Source: Pseudomonadota bacterium (GTDB lineage: Bacteria; Pseudomonadota; Gammaproteobacteria; Burkholderiales; Burkholderiaceae_C). From it: a stretch of 64,000 nucleotides of DNA. Both the position numbers and the translations under genes were made by a program. Positions 34,360 through 44,316 of the stretch are shown here, in pieces (the first letter of the stretch is position 1; the number at the start of each line of letters is the position of its first letter). The DNA lies in NCBI GenBank assembly GCA_041172085.1, contig JBEDKQ010000002.1, forward strand, positions 2,672-66,671, read 5' to 3'. The notes beneath the pieces were generated by a model. It was not told where the DNA came from. It saw only the letters and a list, made by a program, of their open reading frames with translations, and searched no databases.

Positions 34360-35675
34360 GCGCCCTCACCCTTTGCTTGATTATATTTGGCGCCATGTTG
34401 GTCTTGATGGCCTTGCGCGTTCCTATTGCGGTGGCCATGTTTTCTGCGGGCACGCTGGGTTATCTGATTCAAACGGGTTGGGGTGCTTATTCCAGCTTTC
34501 TGAACAACTTGGCGTTCGCACGATTTGCCAGCTATGACTTGTCGGTCATTCCTTTGTTCATCTTGATGGGCCACTTTGCAACGCAAGGCGGCATCAGCAA
34601 AGCCTTGTTTCAATTTGCAGCCAGTGTCATGGGCCGCTTCAAAGGTGGTTTGGCCATGGCCGCCGTGTTGGCCAGCGCAGCGTTTGGCTCCATCTGCGGT
34701 TCCTCGGTGGCCACTGCCGCCACCATCACCGGTGTGGCACTGCCCGAGATGAAACGCCATGGTTATTCCGGCCGCCTGTCAACAGGTACCTTGGCCGCTG
34801 GTGGCACCTTGGGCATTTTGATTCCGCCTTCTGTGCCTCTGGTCATCTATGCCATCTTGACCGAACAAAACATTGCCAAACTGTTTGCTGCGGCAATGAT
34901 CCCGGGCATCATTGCCATGGTGGGCTACATGATTGCCATTGCCATTTATGTTCGCTTGGTACCAGGCCAAGCGCCTGAAGTTGATGACAACATCGAGCGC
35001 TTTACCTTGGCTGCTTTAAAAGGCATTGCACCCATTGCTGCCGTGTTTGTCATTGTGTTCGGCGGCATTTATGGCGGCTTCTTTACACCTACTGAAGGTG
35101 CCGGTGTTGGTGCGGCCTCCACCTTTGTGGCAGCGCTTCTCAAACGAGAGATCAATTGGGCTAAATTCAAACAGTGCTTCTATGCCACGGCTGAAAGCTC
35201 AGCCATGATCTTCATGATTTTCATTGGCGCTGATGTGATGAATTCCTCTTTGGCCCTCACCCAAGTTCCCAACCAATTGGCCGAAGTGGTCAGCAGTTGG
35301 GGCTTGGCGCCCTTGATGGTGGTCACCGCCATCTTGTTGTTCTATGTTGTGTTGGGCGCCGTGATGGACGAGTTGAGCATGATTTTGCTCACCATTCCCA
35401 TCTTTTTCCCAATGATCATGGGTTTGGACTTTGGCATGGGCAAAGAAGCCACAGCCATTTGGTTTGGCATCATGGTCTTGATGACTGTTGGTTTTGGCAT
35501 GTTGGCACCTCCTGTCGGCTTGAATGTCTATGTGGTCAACAGCATGGCCAAGGATGTCCCTATCTCGGAGAGCTACAAGGGTGTCATGCCTTTCCTGATC
35601 AGCGACACCCTGCGAACCACATTGTTGCTGTTCTTCCCCGGGATTTCCCTGTGGTTGATTCAATACGTTGCTTAA
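34356..35675 (+). CDS. TRAP transporter large permease
   Basis: IPLFILMG, GSSVATAA, GGTLGILIPPS, PPVGLN. Confidence 0.92.
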   Translation: MSALTLCLIIFGAMLVLMALRVPIAVAMFSAGTLGYLIQTGWGAYSSFLNNLAFARFASYDLSVIPLFILMGHFATQGGISKALFQFAASVMGRFKGGLAMAAVLASAAFGSICGSSVATAATITGVALPEMKRHGYSGRLSTGTLAAGGTLGILIPPSVPLVIYAILTEQNIAKLFAAAMIPGIIAMVGYMIAIAIYVRLVPGQAPEVDDNIERFTLAALKGIAPIAAVFVIVFGGIYGGFFTPTEGAGVGAASTFVAALLKREINWAKFKQCFYATAESSAMIFMIFIGADVMNSSLALTQVPNQLAEVVSSWGLAPLMVVTAILLFYVVLGAVMDELSMILLTIPIFFPMIMGLDFGMGKEATAIWFGIMVLMTVGFGMLAPPVGLNVYVVNSMAKDVPISESYKGVMPFLISDTLRTTLLLFFPGISLWLIQYVA

Positions 35676-35739
35676 CGGGATTTGCGTTTTAACCAGATTG
35701 TTCCGTTAACATTCAACCCGTTATCTATTGGAGACTTTC

Positions 35740-36813
35740 ATGATTCAACGTCGTTCACTTTTGAAATCGGGTGCAGCCGCTGCCATTGCAGCCCCCGCCC
35801 TCACAGGTTTTGCGCAACAAACCGTCACCCTCAAATTTCACACCTTCATGGCCCCACAGTCCAATGTGTGGCTGAACATGCACAAAGCATGGATGAACAA
35901 GGTGGAGAAAGACTCCGGTGGTCGCATCAAATTTGAAGCCTACCCAGCCATGCAATTGGGTGGTACACCCGTGCAGTTGTACGACCAAGCACGTGATGGC
36001 GTGGTTGACATCATCTGGACTTTGCCAGGCAACACAGCCGGCCGATTCCCGCGTGTTGAAGTGTTTGAACTGCCATTCATGATGACCAATGCTGAGGCCA
36101 CCTCCAAAGCCTATTGGGAATATGTGCAAACCATGGCACCCGATGAATTCAAAGAAACTCACGTTATTGCGTTGCAGGTTCACGGCCCAGGCGTCATTCA
36201 CACCACCGACAAAGCGGTCCGCAACGTGGCAGACATGAAGGGTTTGAAGATGCGTGCGCCTACCCGTCAGGTCACCAAACTGATGGGCACTCTGGGCGCA
36301 ATTCCTGTGGGCATGCCTTTGCCTGGCATTCCCGATGCCTTGTCTAAAGGAACCATCAATGGTGCGGTCATTCCCTGGGAAGTAGTTCCTGCCGTCAAGG
36401 TTCACGAACTGACCAAATTCCACGCAGAGTTTGACCCTGCTGGTGGCAGCCTTTACACCACCACCTTTGTCATGGCCATGAACAAGGCCAAGTACAACTC
36501 GCTGCCACCTGACCTGAAAAAAATCATCGACGACAACAGTGGCATGGAGACATCTGCTTGGTTGGGCAAGGTTCAACAAGAAGGCGATTTGCCAGGACGC
36601 AAAGCAGCCAGCGACCGCAACAACACCATCTTCACAGTCAGCCCTGCTGAAGCCCAAGAGTTCCGCCGCAAGTCTCGCACCTTGGAAGTGGAATGGGTTG
36701 AAGACATGAACAAGCGTGGCTACGATGGTCGCAAACTCTTGGACACGGCACGTGCCTTGATTGAAAAGCACAGCAAAGCGCCAGCGGCCAAAGCCCCAGC
36801 GAAAAAAGCTTGA
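35740..36813 (+). CDS. TRAP substrate-binding protein (Tat signal)
   Basis: QRRSLLK, GRFP..EVFELPF, GLKMR. Confidence 0.9.
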   Translation: MIQRRSLLKSGAAAAIAAPALTGFAQQTVTLKFHTFMAPQSNVWLNMHKAWMNKVEKDSGGRIKFEAYPAMQLGGTPVQLYDQARDGVVDIIWTLPGNTAGRFPRVEVFELPFMMTNAEATSKAYWEYVQTMAPDEFKETHVIALQVHGPGVIHTTDKAVRNVADMKGLKMRAPTRQVTKLMGTLGAIPVGMPLPGIPDALSKGTINGAVIPWEVVPAVKVHELTKFHAEFDPAGGSLYTTTFVMAMNKAKYNSLPPDLKKIIDDNSGMETSAWLGKVQQEGDLPGRKAASDRNNTIFTVSPAEAQEFRRKSRTLEVEWVEDMNKRGYDGRKLLDTARALIEKHSKAPAAKAPAKKA

Positions 36814-37361
36814 GCTATCAGCGCCAACTGATCAAATTCTGCCGAGCCTGTGGTTCGGCAGTTTTGTATCGACTGCCGGATGACGGTGACACCAAAGAAC
36901 GCGCCGTCTGTACCGTCTGCCATCTCGTGCACTATGAAAACCCACTCAATGTCGTGGGAACGGTGCCCCACCTTGGCAATCGGGTGTTGCTGTGTAAACG
37001 CAACATTGAGCCTCGCAAAGGCAAATGGACTTTGCCTGCCGGATTCATGGAGTTAGGCGAAAGCACCGCTGATGGTGCGGCGCGTGAAACCCTTGAAGAA
37101 GCCGGCGCGCAATTTAACATGGGCGAACTTCTCACCGTCATGAGTGTGCCGCGCGTGGGTCAAGTCCATCTTTACTATTTGGCTCAATTGACCAGTGATC
37201 AATTCAACCCAGGTTTTGAAACTCAAGAAGCGCGTTTGTTTCTTGAATCTGAAATTCCATGGGATGAGCTCGCCTTCCGAACCGTCCAAGAAACATTGCG
37301 ACATTACTTTGAAGACCGTCAATCTGGACAATTTCAAGTTCACGCCTTCAACATTGATTAA
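36810..37361 (+). CDS. NUDIX hydrolase with N-terminal zinc ribbon
   Basis: FCRACG..C..C..HYENP; PAGFME.GES..GAARETLEEAG Nudix box. Confidence 0.9.
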   Translation: MSYQRQLIKFCRACGSAVLYRLPDDGDTKERAVCTVCHLVHYENPLNVVGTVPHLGNRVLLCKRNIEPRKGKWTLPAGFMELGESTADGAARETLEEAGAQFNMGELLTVMSVPRVGQVHLYYLAQLTSDQFNPGFETQEARLFLESEIPWDELAFRTVQETLRHYFEDRQSGQFQVHAFNID

Positions 37362-37430
37362 GGTCAGACAGAACCCACGTCAATTCGTTGTATCCTCTGA
37401 ATGTTTCGCATTTATCTCGAAGGAAGTTCC

Positions 37431-37667
37431 ATGTACAAACTCATCGTTGCGGGTGCTTTAAGCGCTTTGACTCTGGCCTCTGTGGCCCAAACAGCGGCCC
37501 CGACTGCACCCGTCATCCCTGCGGCGCCTGCGCCTGCATCCGCGCCAGCTGCTGCACCCGCTGCTGCACCCTCAGCTGCACCCGCTAAGCCAGCTGCTGA
37601 AACACCCAAGGCCGCCAAAAAGGCAGCCAAAAAGAAGAAAACCAAAGCTAAAAAGAAAGCCGCTTGA
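37431..37667 (+). CDS. Small secreted Pro/Ala-rich protein with Lys-rich tail
   Basis: Signal-peptide-like N-terminus ending SVA-Q, AAGGAAG upstream, terminator downstream. Confidence 0.7.
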   Translation: MYKLIVAGALSALTLASVAQTAAPTAPVIPAAPAPASAPAAAPAAAPSAAPAKPAAETPKAAKKAAKKKKTKAKKKAA

Positions 37668-37686
37668 CCTTTACGCGCTGACAGAC

Positions 37687-37711
37687 AAGCCCTGCAAAGC
37701 AGGGCTTTTTT
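37687..37711 (+). terminator. Intrinsic terminator
   Basis: AAGCCCTGC-aaa-GCAGGGCTTTTTT. Confidence 0.8.
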
Positions 37712-37749
37712 GTACCCAATCCAGTCTGAACTTGGGTGAAAATAGACCC

Positions 37750-39780
37750 GTGGCCATTCCTCAATCATTTATTCAAGAACTGCTTTCCCGCGTTGATGTG
37801 GTGGAGGTTGTGGGGCGCTATGTGCAGCTAAAAAAAGGGGGGGCCAATTTCATGGGCCTGTGCCCATTTCACGGCGAGAAATCCCCCAGCTTCACAGTCA
37901 GCCCCACCAAACAATTTTTTCATTGTTTCGGCTGCGGTAAAAATGGCAATGCCATTGGCTTTTTGATGGACCATGCAGGCATGACCTTCGTCGAGGCTGT
38001 CAAAGATTTGGCACAACAAACGGGCATGACGGTGCCAGAGGATGACGTGTCGCCGCAAGACCGCGCCAAAGCCGCAGAACAAAAGCGCAAACAAACCACA
38101 CTGACCGACATGCTTGAGCAAGCGGGCGAGTCCTACAAACAGCATCTGAAGAATGCACCCAAAGCAGTGGCCTACCTCAAAGGTCGGGGCCTGTCTGGTC
38201 AAATTGCAAAACGCTTTGGTCTAGGTTATTCGCCTGAAGGCTGGCGCAGTTTGGCCAGCGTCTTCCCAAATTATGACGACCCCCTGTTGGTTGAAAGTGG
38301 CTTGGTCATTGTGAACGAGGACGACGAAAAGCGGTACGACCGTTTTCGAGATCGCGTGATGTTTCCCATCCGCAACATCAAGGGCGAATGCATTGGATTT
38401 GGGGGACGCGTCATGGGTGACGGCACCCCAAAATATTTGAATTCACCCGAGACACCGGTGTTTCACAAAGGTCGCGAGTTATACGGCCTGTTTGAGGCCA
38501 GAGACAGCATTCACAGCGCGGGTTATGTGCTGGTCACCGAAGGCTATATGGACGTAGTGGCGTTAGCGCAGTGGGGCTTTCCCAATGCGGTGGCCACTTT
38601 AGGCACAGCCTGTACCCCCGATCATGTGCAAAAACTGTTCAGGTTCACAGATTCGGTGGTCTTCAGTTTTGATGGTGACAATGCAGGTCGACGTGCGGCG
38701 CGAAAGGCCTTGGACGGTGCGCTCAGCTACGCCACCGATGTACGCAGCATCAAATTTTTATTCTTACCGCAAGAGCACGACCCCGACAGTTACATTCGCG
38801 AACTTGGCTCTGAAGCATTTTCGCAGTGCGTTGCACAGGCCACGCCGCTCTCCAAATTCTTAATCGAGGTGGCCTCAGAAGGCTGCGACCTTCAATCGGC
38901 AGAGGGACGGGCACATTTGTCGAGCAATGCAAGTCCCTTATGGCGTTCTTTGCCAGATGGTGCGCTTAAACGGCAATTGCTGAGCGAGTTGGCCAATCTG
39001 ATTCAACTCGACCCTGCTGAATTGGCAGGCTTGTGGTTGCAACAAGCCGAGGCTGCGGCAGCCCGTGGACAAACTCGTGCCAGCACCGCAAATCAGGCAA
39101 GCACCTCTGCCAACGGCATGCGTAGCTTCATAGATTCTGCCGCTTCAGCCGCCGCTGCCTTTGACCCAGAAGGCCAGTCGTCTCCTTATGAGGCCGCAAG
39201 CACGAGCTTTGTCAAAACAGGCGCCCGCAAGCGCCCAGATGGCAAATCATGGCAAAAAGACACCAACGGCAAATGGCGTTTGGTCGGTGGCAACGACGCC
39301 CCCAGCAACTTAGGACCTAGAACGCCTCCGGCCAGTCGAGCCGATCATGCTGTGCGCTTGGTGCTAGGCAACATGGCACTTTGGGACACCTTGTCTGCAG
39401 AGGACCATGCCCTCCTTTGTGATTTACCCGGACAACATGGTGAGCTGATGCGTTGGCTAGAAAGTCAATTCCACGACCACGGCCCATTGGCATGGGGAAC
39501 GCTGCAAGCGGAGTTGCAAAGTCAGGCATTTGTCAATTTGGCAGCCAAACTGATGGGGGGACACTTGCCCGTATCCCCCGGTGCGGCTTCTGAGGGCGAG
39601 CCTGGTGAGGCTCACAAAGAGTTGCGTCAGCTGCTCAACTTGATGCTGATTGATGAGCTGAAAATGCTAGAAACAGCTGCCTTGAAGGACGCTGAAAGCA
39701 GCCAAGATCCTGCCGCTTTTCAGCGGTGGCGCGATTTGCACCAAAGGCGCAGAACCCTGATTGGCACTCAGGTCACTTGA
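37750..39780 (+). CDS. dnaG: DNA primase
   Basis: CPFHGEKSPSF..CFGCG, RFRDRVMFPI, KYLNSPET, EGYMDV, FDGD.AG. Confidence 0.96.
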   Translation: MAIPQSFIQELLSRVDVVEVVGRYVQLKKGGANFMGLCPFHGEKSPSFTVSPTKQFFHCFGCGKNGNAIGFLMDHAGMTFVEAVKDLAQQTGMTVPEDDVSPQDRAKAAEQKRKQTTLTDMLEQAGESYKQHLKNAPKAVAYLKGRGLSGQIAKRFGLGYSPEGWRSLASVFPNYDDPLLVESGLVIVNEDDEKRYDRFRDRVMFPIRNIKGECIGFGGRVMGDGTPKYLNSPETPVFHKGRELYGLFEARDSIHSAGYVLVTEGYMDVVALAQWGFPNAVATLGTACTPDHVQKLFRFTDSVVFSFDGDNAGRRAARKALDGALSYATDVRSIKFLFLPQEHDPDSYIRELGSEAFSQCVAQATPLSKFLIEVASEGCDLQSAEGRAHLSSNASPLWRSLPDGALKRQLLSELANLIQLDPAELAGLWLQQAEAAAARGQTRASTANQASTSANGMRSFIDSAASAAAAFDPEGQSSPYEAASTSFVKTGARKRPDGKSWQKDTNGKWRLVGGNDAPSNLGPRTPPASRADHAVRLVLGNMALWDTLSAEDHALLCDLPGQHGELMRWLESQFHDHGPLAWGTLQAELQSQAFVNLAAKLMGGHLPVSPGAASEGEPGEAHKELRQLLNLMLIDELKMLETAALKDAESSQDPAAFQRWRDLHQRRRTLIGTQVT

Positions 39781-39806
39781 AATTTCAGAGCCTACTTGGG
39801 TATAAT
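39777..39806 (+). promoter_or_regulatory. Sigma70-like promoter for rpoD
   Basis: TTGAAA-N18-TATAAT. Confidence 0.5.
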
Positions 39807-40048
39807 CCATTTTTCAGGCAAGAGCGACAGCAGCACCTCCGGACCCGGCCAACGCCACAGCGCACCTCCCGACAAGGGACGGCCAACCTACCGCAAGGAC
39901 TGCACTCCAAATGTTCGCCCAGACATCTTGCCCAAAACCTTGCCAATGATTTCGCCTGCTCGCAGGCGTCCATTTGCATTTCACATCGCGTCAGAAGTTT
40001 GTGACGCAGCGTTTGTTTCCGAGTTCATTTGCAGTATTGAGGTCCATC

Positions 40049-42730
40049 ATGCCCGCTCCAAAGCCGAAGAAGCCCGTCAAAGCACAAGTTACATCTGGCG
40101 CTAAAAAATCCGTCAAACCCATTGCGAAAGTTGCTGCCAAACCAGCCGCCAAGGCCAGTGCAAAGCCCGTTGCAAAATCAGCACCCGCAAAGGCCTCAAA
40201 GCCAGCGGTCAAAGTTGCCTCTAAACCAGCAACTAAGTCTGCAACTAAACCTGCAACTAAGCCTGCAACTAAACCTGCAACCAAGTCTGCAACTAAGCCT
40301 GCAACCAAGCCCGCCGTCAAAGCAGCAACCAAAGCAAGTCCGGCCAATGCCAAACCAACCGTCAAAGCACCCCCTAAAGCAGTTGTGAAGACACCTGTGA
40401 AAGTGGCTGCCAAGCCTGTTGCAAAGGCAACAACACCGGCCAAGAAAGTCAGCGCAGTGCCCGTTTCCAAAAAAGAAGCGCCCGTTAAAACGGTCGCCAA
40501 AGCAAGCCCTAAAGTTGCAAAACCTGAACCCATCAAAACAGTTGCGAAAGCAACACCCAAGGCAAGCTCAAAAGAGACAGTGAAAGATACTGTCAAGGCT
40601 GAGGTCAAAGCCGCTGCCACAAAACCTGCCAAAACAACGCCTCCAGAAGCAGAGTCCAAAGCGACTGCTGCAAAACGAGGTCGCAAAGCCAAGCCAGATG
40701 CAGCACCCGTTGAAGAAGATTTGAGTGACATTGAAGACGACTTGGCTGGCGAGCCCGTTCCAGAATCAACCGAAAAAGTCAAACCACTTCGCATGAAGAT
40801 CAGCAAGGCCAAAGAACGTGCCTTGATGAAAGAATTTGGTCTGGATGAAACTGTTTTGTCCGAAGAAGACATGGCCAAACGCCGTCAACGCCTGAAGGCT
40901 TTGATCAAGCTGGGCAAAACACGTGGCTACCTCACTCACGGCGAAATTTCCGATCACTTGCCCGACAAGCTGGTCGATGCTGAAACACTCGAAGTGGTGA
41001 TTGCCACCTTGAACGATTTGGGTGTGGCTGTTTACGAACAAACACCCGATGCCGAAACACTGATCATCACAGACAACGCGCCCACAGGTTCTACCGAAGA
41101 AGAGGCCGAAGAAGCCGCCGAAGCCGCCTTGTCCACGGTAGACAGTGAGTTCGGCCGCACCACCGACCCCGTTCGCATGTACATGCGCGAAATGGGCACC
41201 GTTGAGTTGCTGACACGCGAAGGCGAAATTGAAATTGCCAAGCGCATTGAAGGCGGCTTGATGGACATGATGACTGCCATCAGCGCATCACCCGCCACCA
41301 TTGCAGAAATCTTGCGATTGGCCGGTGAAATTCGCGAAGGCAAAGTGGTCATCTCAACCGTGGTCGATGGCTTCTCCAACATCAACGAAGCCGACGACTA
41401 TGTGGCCGAAGAAGACTTCGACGAATTTGACGAGTCCGATGATGACGATGGCAAAGGCGGCTCCAAAGCACTCACCAAGAAATTGGAAGAGTTAAAGAAC
41501 CAAGCCTTGGAACGCTTTGACCGCATCACCGAACTCTTTGAAACCGTTCACAAAATTTCGGCCAAAGAAGGCTGGGGTACGCCCGCCTACCAAAAGGCCC
41601 AGAAGGAATTGTCTGACGAGTTGATGACCATTCGATTCACAGCCAAAACCATCGAGAAGCTGTGTGACATGGTGCGTGGCCATGTGGACGATGTGCGCAA
41701 AAAAGAACGCGAATTGCGCCGCATCATCGTGGACAAGTGCGGCTACCCCCAAGACTTGTTCATTGCAGAGTTCAGCGGTCGTGACAAAAACAACCAACGC
41801 ATCGCCTCGCACCTGCTCGATCTGAAATGGATTGAGAGGCAAGCCGCTGCAGGCAAGCCTTGGAGTGCCGTCATGGGCCGCAACATTCCGCCTGTTCAAG
41901 ATTTGCAGCAAAAGCTGACAGACTTGCAGACCAATGTGGTGGTGCCTTTGGACGAACTCAAAGACATCAACAAACGCATGAATGCAGGCGAGCGTGCCTC
42001 ACGTCACGCCAAGAAAGAAATGATCGAAGCCAACTTGCGCTTGGTCATTTCAATTGCCAAGAAGTACACCAATCGTGGTTTGCAGTTCCTTGATTTGATT
42101 CAAGAAGGCAACATCGGTTTGATGAAGGCCGTGGACAAGTTCGAATACCGTCGTGGTTATAAGTTCTCTACGTATGCCACTTGGTGGATTCGTCAGGCCA
42201 TCACCCGCTCCATTGCGGACCAAGCCCGCACCATTCGCATTCCGGTTCACATGATCGAGACGATCAACAAGATGAACCGCATTTCGCGTCAGCACTTGCA
42301 GGAGTTTGGCTTTGAGCCCGATGCCAGCATCTTGGCCGAGAAGATGGAAATTCCGGAAGACAAAATCCGCAAGATCATGAAGATTGCCAAAGAGCCGATC
42401 TCCATGGAAACGCCCATCGGTGACGACGACGACAGCCACTTGGGTGACTTCATTGAAGACAGCGCCAACACAGCGCCCATCGATGCCGCCATGCAAGCTG
42501 GTTTGCGCGATGTGGTCAAAGACATCTTGGACAGCCTCACCCCACGCGAAGCCAAAGTGCTGCGCATGCGTTTTGGCATTGAAATGTCGACCGACCACAC
42601 CTTAGAAGAAGTGGGCAAACAATTTGATGTCACGCGCGAGCGCATTCGTCAAATAGAAGCCAAGGCACTTCGCAAGTTGAAGCACCCTAGCCGCAGTGAC
42701 AAACTGCGCAGCTTCATTGACACGATGTAA
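40049..42730 (+). CDS. rpoD: RNA polymerase sigma factor RpoD with long K/A/P-rich N-terminal extension
   Basis: [55 protein letters not shown]. Confidence 0.96.
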   Translation: MPAPKPKKPVKAQVTSGAKKSVKPIAKVAAKPAAKASAKPVAKSAPAKASKPAVKVASKPATKSATKPATKPATKPATKSATKPATKPAVKAATKASPANAKPTVKAPPKAVVKTPVKVAAKPVAKATTPAKKVSAVPVSKKEAPVKTVAKASPKVAKPEPIKTVAKATPKASSKETVKDTVKAEVKAAATKPAKTTPPEAESKATAAKRGRKAKPDAAPVEEDLSDIEDDLAGEPVPESTEKVKPLRMKISKAKERALMKEFGLDETVLSEEDMAKRRQRLKALIKLGKTRGYLTHGEISDHLPDKLVDAETLEVVIATLNDLGVAVYEQTPDAETLIITDNAPTGSTEEEAEEAAEAALSTVDSEFGRTTDPVRMYMREMGTVELLTREGEIEIAKRIEGGLMDMMTAISASPATIAEILRLAGEIREGKVVISTVVDGFSNINEADDYVAEEDFDEFDESDDDDGKGGSKALTKKLEELKNQALERFDRITELFETVHKISAKEGWGTPAYQKAQKELSDELMTIRFTAKTIEKLCDMVRGHVDDVRKKERELRRIIVDKCGYPQDLFIAEFSGRDKNNQRIASHLLDLKWIERQAAAGKPWSAVMGRNIPPVQDLQQKLTDLQTNVVVPLDELKDINKRMNAGERASRHAKKEMIEANLRLVISIAKKYTNRGLQFLDLIQEGNIGLMKAVDKFEYRRGYKFSTYATWWIRQAITRSIADQARTIRIPVHMIETINKMNRISRQHLQEFGFEPDASILAEKMEIPEDKIRKIMKIAKEPISMETPIGDDDDSHLGDFIEDSANTAPIDAAMQAGLRDVVKDILDSLTPREAKVLRMRFGIEMSTDHTLEEVGKQFDVTRERIRQIEAKALRKLKHPSRSDKLRSFIDTM
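40223..40306 (+). repeat. Seven 12-bp coding tandem repeats (K[P/S]AT)
   Basis: AA[AG][CT]C[AT]GCAAC[TC] x7 encoding [28 protein letters not shown]. Confidence 0.85.
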
Positions 42731-42733
42731 CAA

Positions 42734-42803
42734 AAAGGCTGCATATGCAGCCTTTCTTTCATGAAAAAATCCCCTCAAGCACAAGCCTGAGGGGATTTTT
42801 TTT
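42734..42803. terminator. Palindrome plus bidirectional terminator after rpoD
   Basis: AAAGGCTGCATATGCAGCCTTT, then AAAAAATCCCCTCA...TGAGGGGATTTTTTTT. Confidence 0.85.
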
Positions 42804-42815
42804 AAGTAAGTTCAG

Positions 42816-43271
42816 TTACTCGCTGGCCATCACAATGGCTGCACTCATGGCCAAGACGCCACTTGGCACAGCCCAAGTTGACTTTTGTTGAGGCTGCTCT
42901 GATGTAACAGGGTCCAGATTAACGGCCATCTTGGGTCTGCGTGCATCAATCACACGCGCAGGTCCCACTTCGCCCTTGATCTGCTTGGTCAACTCAGACA
43001 GAGCGCCATGTGCAACACGAACGCTGACCGTGTTGCCACCACCTGCGAGTTTTTGGGCCAACTCAGACGTTGCTTCTTGCGTCCAATCTTGACGCCACTT
43101 CTTCTGCGCAGTGTGTGTCAACCAACGACCCGTATGACGGTTTAGCCGCGGCGGGCATCCAATCAAAATCCAATTTGCTGCTTGTGGTGTCTGGCCACTC
43201 ACAGGTAGCATGAGAATAACTTGTTGGAGTGCATATTGCTTGTCGTCTATGTAAACAATGAATGTTTCCAT
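42816..43271 (-). CDS. Hypothetical protein (151 aa) with C-terminal hydrophobic segment
   Basis: AGGAG SD before ATG 43271; 28 bp downstream of terC on the same strand. Confidence 0.7.
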   Translation of the reverse strand: METFIVYIDDKQYALQQVILMLPVSGQTPQAANWILIGCPPRLNRHTGRWLTHTAQKKWRQDWTQEATSELAQKLAGGGNTVSVRVAHGALSELTKQIKGEVGPARVIDARRPKMAVNLDPVTSEQPQQKSTWAVPSGVLAMSAAIVMASE

Positions 43272-43299
43272 TATTTTTCTCCTGGTTAAAAAAAATTGA

Positions 43300-44007
43300 T
43301 TAGATGGATTGGGTATCTGATTCGTCTTGCACCTGCTTGCGAGTTGCCCACCAGCCCATTGCCAAGACACCAGCGACAGCCACGATGTAAGTGGCGCCAC
43401 GCGCCAAGTTGTTGATGGTTTCACCGCCATCAAATACGGGATCGAGCAACTTTTCATTGATGATCATTTGCGCTGCGGTGAATGCCAAAACAGCTGCACC
43501 GATGTGAATGATCACGGGCCATTTTTCGACCAAGCGCAAAACCAATTTGCTGCCCAACACCACAATGGGAATACTGATGAGCAACCCAATGACCACCAAG
43601 TCGAAGGAGCCGTTGGCAGCGCCAGCAACACCCAAGACGTTGTCGACACCCATCAAGGCATCTGCCACGATGATGGTTTTCATAGCACCCCAGAACGTGG
43701 TGGCGCCCACACCTTGATGCTCATCCTCAGACGTGTCGGAAATGAGTTTGTAGGCAATCCACAAGAGGCCCAAACCGCCCACCAACATGAGGCCAGGGAT
43801 TTTGAGAAGCCACACCACACCCACCGTCATGGCAGAGCGAACCACAATGGCACCAACGGTTCCCCAGATGATGGCTTTGTTTTGATGTTCTGGTGGGAGA
43901 TTACGCGCAGCAAGCGCAATGACGATGGCGTTGTCGCCAGCTAAAACTAAGTCGATGAGAATGATGGCCAGCAATGCTGACCACCATGGCACTGAAAACA
44001 ATTCCAT
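43300..44007 (-). CDS. TerC family (YjbE-like) membrane protein
   Basis: DLVLAGDNAIVIALAAR, ADALMGVDNVLGVAGAA, GLLISIPIVV. Confidence 0.9.
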   Translation of the reverse strand: MELFSVPWWSALLAIILIDLVLAGDNAIVIALAARNLPPEHQNKAIIWGTVGAIVVRSAMTVGVVWLLKIPGLMLVGGLGLLWIAYKLISDTSEDEHQGVGATTFWGAMKTIIVADALMGVDNVLGVAGAANGSFDLVVIGLLISIPIVVLGSKLVLRLVEKWPVIIHIGAAVLAFTAAQMIINEKLLDPVFDGGETINNLARGATYIVAVAGVLAMGWWATRKQVQDESDTQSI

Positions 44008-44070
44008 GAAAGACCTTCAATAACGATCCGAACAAGTCACAAAGGTCTTAGAGACACCTGTGGCACGAGA

Positions 44071-44230
44071 GATCGAAGGTCTTGCTTTGCTTGTAATGAA
44101 TCAGTTATATGCCCAACAAACCGGGAGTCAAAAAGACGCCGTATTGACGATTTGTTGATCCCCTTGTGTTGCCGGAATTGAATCCGTGCTTTTCACTGAA
44201 CACAAAGGAATTGAGCTACTCCCCAACGAT
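44071..44230 (-). ncRNA. yybP-ykoY (Mn2+) riboswitch
   Basis: Minus strand reads ATCGTTGGGGAGTAGC...CGTCAATAC...GCAAGACCTTCGAT; upstream of a TerC gene, the usual context. Confidence 0.82.
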
Positions 44231-44316
44231 GTGCACATTAGAAATGAAGCAAATTGTTTTGCCAACCCGGCGCTCAATTAGGCTTAGTATTCGTGGGGAT
44301 TTTGTGTCAACTTGGC

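Noticed and set aside
35755-36771. 338-aa antisense ORF over the TRAP binding-protein gene
   Set aside because: Codon-bias shadow of a well-supported gene; no recognisable motifs
40223-40306. Repeat tract as a possible CRISPR array
   Set aside because: 12-bp in-frame coding units with no spacers, and no cas genes
39991-40878. 295-aa hydrophobic minus-strand ORF with AGLV repeats
   Set aside because: Reverse complement of the KPAT-rich rpoD extension
42731-42815. Possible tRNA or integration site after rpoD
   Set aside because: Only terminator-type hairpins; no cloverleaf, T-loop or integrase
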